Below, in pieces: positions 62,095 to 64,000 of a stretch of DNA of 64,000 bases. Position 1 is the first letter of the stretch, and each line of letters begins with the position of its first letter. The DNA is taken from the NCBI RefSeq assembly GCF_009914755.1, contig NC_060929.1; one strand, written 5' to 3'. Under the pieces are notes generated by a model. That model saw nothing but the letters and a program-made list of their open reading frames with translations, searched no databases and was not told the DNA's origin. The position numbers and the translations under genes were made by a program. Origin of the DNA: the human T2T-CHM13v2.0 reference genome, Homo sapiens.

Positions 62095-62973
62095 TCATGT
62101 TGATTTTGTGTTGTGCAGCTTTACTACATTCATTTATTAAATCTAAGAATTTTTCATGAATCTTTAGGTTTTCCTAGATATAAGTTATATCTTCAGCAAA
62201 CAGTAATAATTTTACTTTCTCTTTTCCCATTTAGAAGCCTTTTATCTCTTGCCTGATGGCTGTGGCTAGGACTTCCAGTACTATGTTAAATAGGAGTAGT
62301 GAAAATGGGCATCCTTGTCTTGTCCAACGTTTTCGAGGAAATGTTTTTAACTTTTCCCTGTTCAGTGTGATGTTGTCTGTGGGCTTGTCATATATGGCAT
62401 TTAATATTATGATGCATATTTCTTCTATGCCCAGTTTGTTGAGAGTTTGTATCATGAAGGGGTACTGCATTTTATCAAATGCTATTTCTCAGACTATTGG
62501 TTTGATCATAAAGTTTTTCTCCTTCATTCTTTTTATGTGATGAATCACATTTATTGACTTGTGTATTTTGAACCACTCTTAGATCCCTTGACTAAAACCC
62601 ACTTGATTGTGGTGTATTATCTTTTTAATATGCTGTTGGATTCTGTTTCCTAGTATTTTGTTTAGGACTGTTGTGTCTATGTTCATCAGGGTATTGGTCT
62701 TTAGTTTTCTTTATTCGTTGTGTCCTTGTCTGGTTTTGGTATTGGGATGATACTGGAGAATGAGTTAGGGAGAATTCCTTTCCCCTGTTCCAACTTTTTG
62801 GAACAGTTTTACAAGAATTGGTATTATTTCTTTGTATGTTTGGCAGAATTCAGCTGTGAATCCGTCTGGTCCTGCGTTTTTGGGGGGAAGATTTTATTAC
62901 TGATTTAATCTCACTACCCATTATTGGTCTATTCAGGCTTTCTGTTTCTTCTTTGTTCAATCTTGGGAGGTTG

Positions 62974-63386
62974 TGTATTAGTCTGTTCTTACATTGCTAC
63001 ACAGAAATACCTGTGACTGGGTAACTTATAAAGAAAAGAGGTTTAATTGGCTTATGGTTCTGCAGGCTGTACTGGAAGCATGATGCTAGCACCTGGGGAG
63101 GCCTTGAGAAACAAAACAATCATAGCAAAAGGTGAAGGGGGAGCAAACCCATCACATGGTCAGAGCAGGAACAAGAGAGGAAGGGGGGAGGTGCTACACA
63201 CTTTTAAACCACCAGATCTCAAGAGAATTCACTATTGTGAGGACAATACCAAGAGGGGTGGTGCTAAATCATTCCTGAGAAACCTGCCTCCATCATCCAA
63301 TCACCTCCCATCAGGCCCCACCTCCAACATTGGGTATTACATTTCAATATGAGATTTGGATGGGAACATACATCCAAACTATATCA
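62974..63386 (-). mobile_element. MST MaLR solo LTR
   Basis: TGTATTAGTCTGTTC ... ATCCAAACTATATCA with 5-bp TSD GGTTG/GGTTA. Confidence 0.88.
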
Positions 63387-64000
63387 GGTTATATGTTTCC
63401 AGAAATTTACCTATTTTCTGCAAGTTTTCTAGTTTATGAACATGTAGTTGTTCATAATAGTCTCTGATGATCTTTTGAATTTTTCTCATATCATTTGTAA
63501 CGTCTCCATTTTGATTTCTTATTATATTTGGATCTTCTTTCCTCTGGTTAGTCTTGCTAGCACTTGATCAATTTTGCTTATCTTTTTAAAGAACGAGCTT
63601 TTTGTTTCATTAATTTTTTAATTTTTTTTTGGTCTCTGTTTTATTTAGTTTTGCTCTGATCCATGTTACTTCTTTACTTCTGCTAATTTTGTGTTTGGTT
63701 CGTTCTTGCTTTTCTAGTTCCTTTAGATGTATTGTTAGGTTGTTAATTTGCAATCTTTCTACTTTTTTGATGCAGGTATTTATTGCTGCAAAATTCCTTC
63801 TTAGCACTGGTTTTGCTGTGTCCTACAGGTTTTTGTATTGCTGTGTCCTACAGGTTTTTGTATGTTGTATTTCCAGTTTCATTTGTTTCATAAAATTTTT
63901 TAATTCTCCTTAATTTTTTCATTGATCCAAAGGTCATTCAGGGGCATATTGTTTAATTTTTCTGTATTTGTATAGTTTCCAGAGTTTTTCTTGATATTGA

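Overview
Primate (human-like) nuclear DNA: AT-rich, full of Alu, L1, LTR and DNA-transposon fossils. From recall it matches the ARL14EPL-COMMD10 neighbourhood on human 5q23. There are two spliced protein-coding genes on the + strand. ARL14EPL has its complete CDS here (3846-3941, 6396-6535, 11109-11331; 459 nt, 152 aa, Cys-rich C-terminus). COMMD10 has a CpG-island promoter and coding exons 1-4 here (37439-37479, 39884-39974, 43467-43577, 44933-45088; 133 codons); the rest lies beyond the window. A full-length RPS25 processed copy with an open ORF sits antisense in an ARL14EPL intron. Most other entries in the ORF track are repeat-derived or chance frames. I found no convincing new biological system. 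The best leads are the RPS25 retrocopy, two related L1s facing each other across COMMD10 exons 1-4 (one keeps an open ORF0-like frame, the other points its antisense promoter into the remaining COMMD10 exons), a repeat-spacer array just upstream of the COMMD10 promoter, and several strong regulatory motifs. Repeat subfamily names were assigned by eye from remembered consensus sequences, and many repeat boundaries are approximate.
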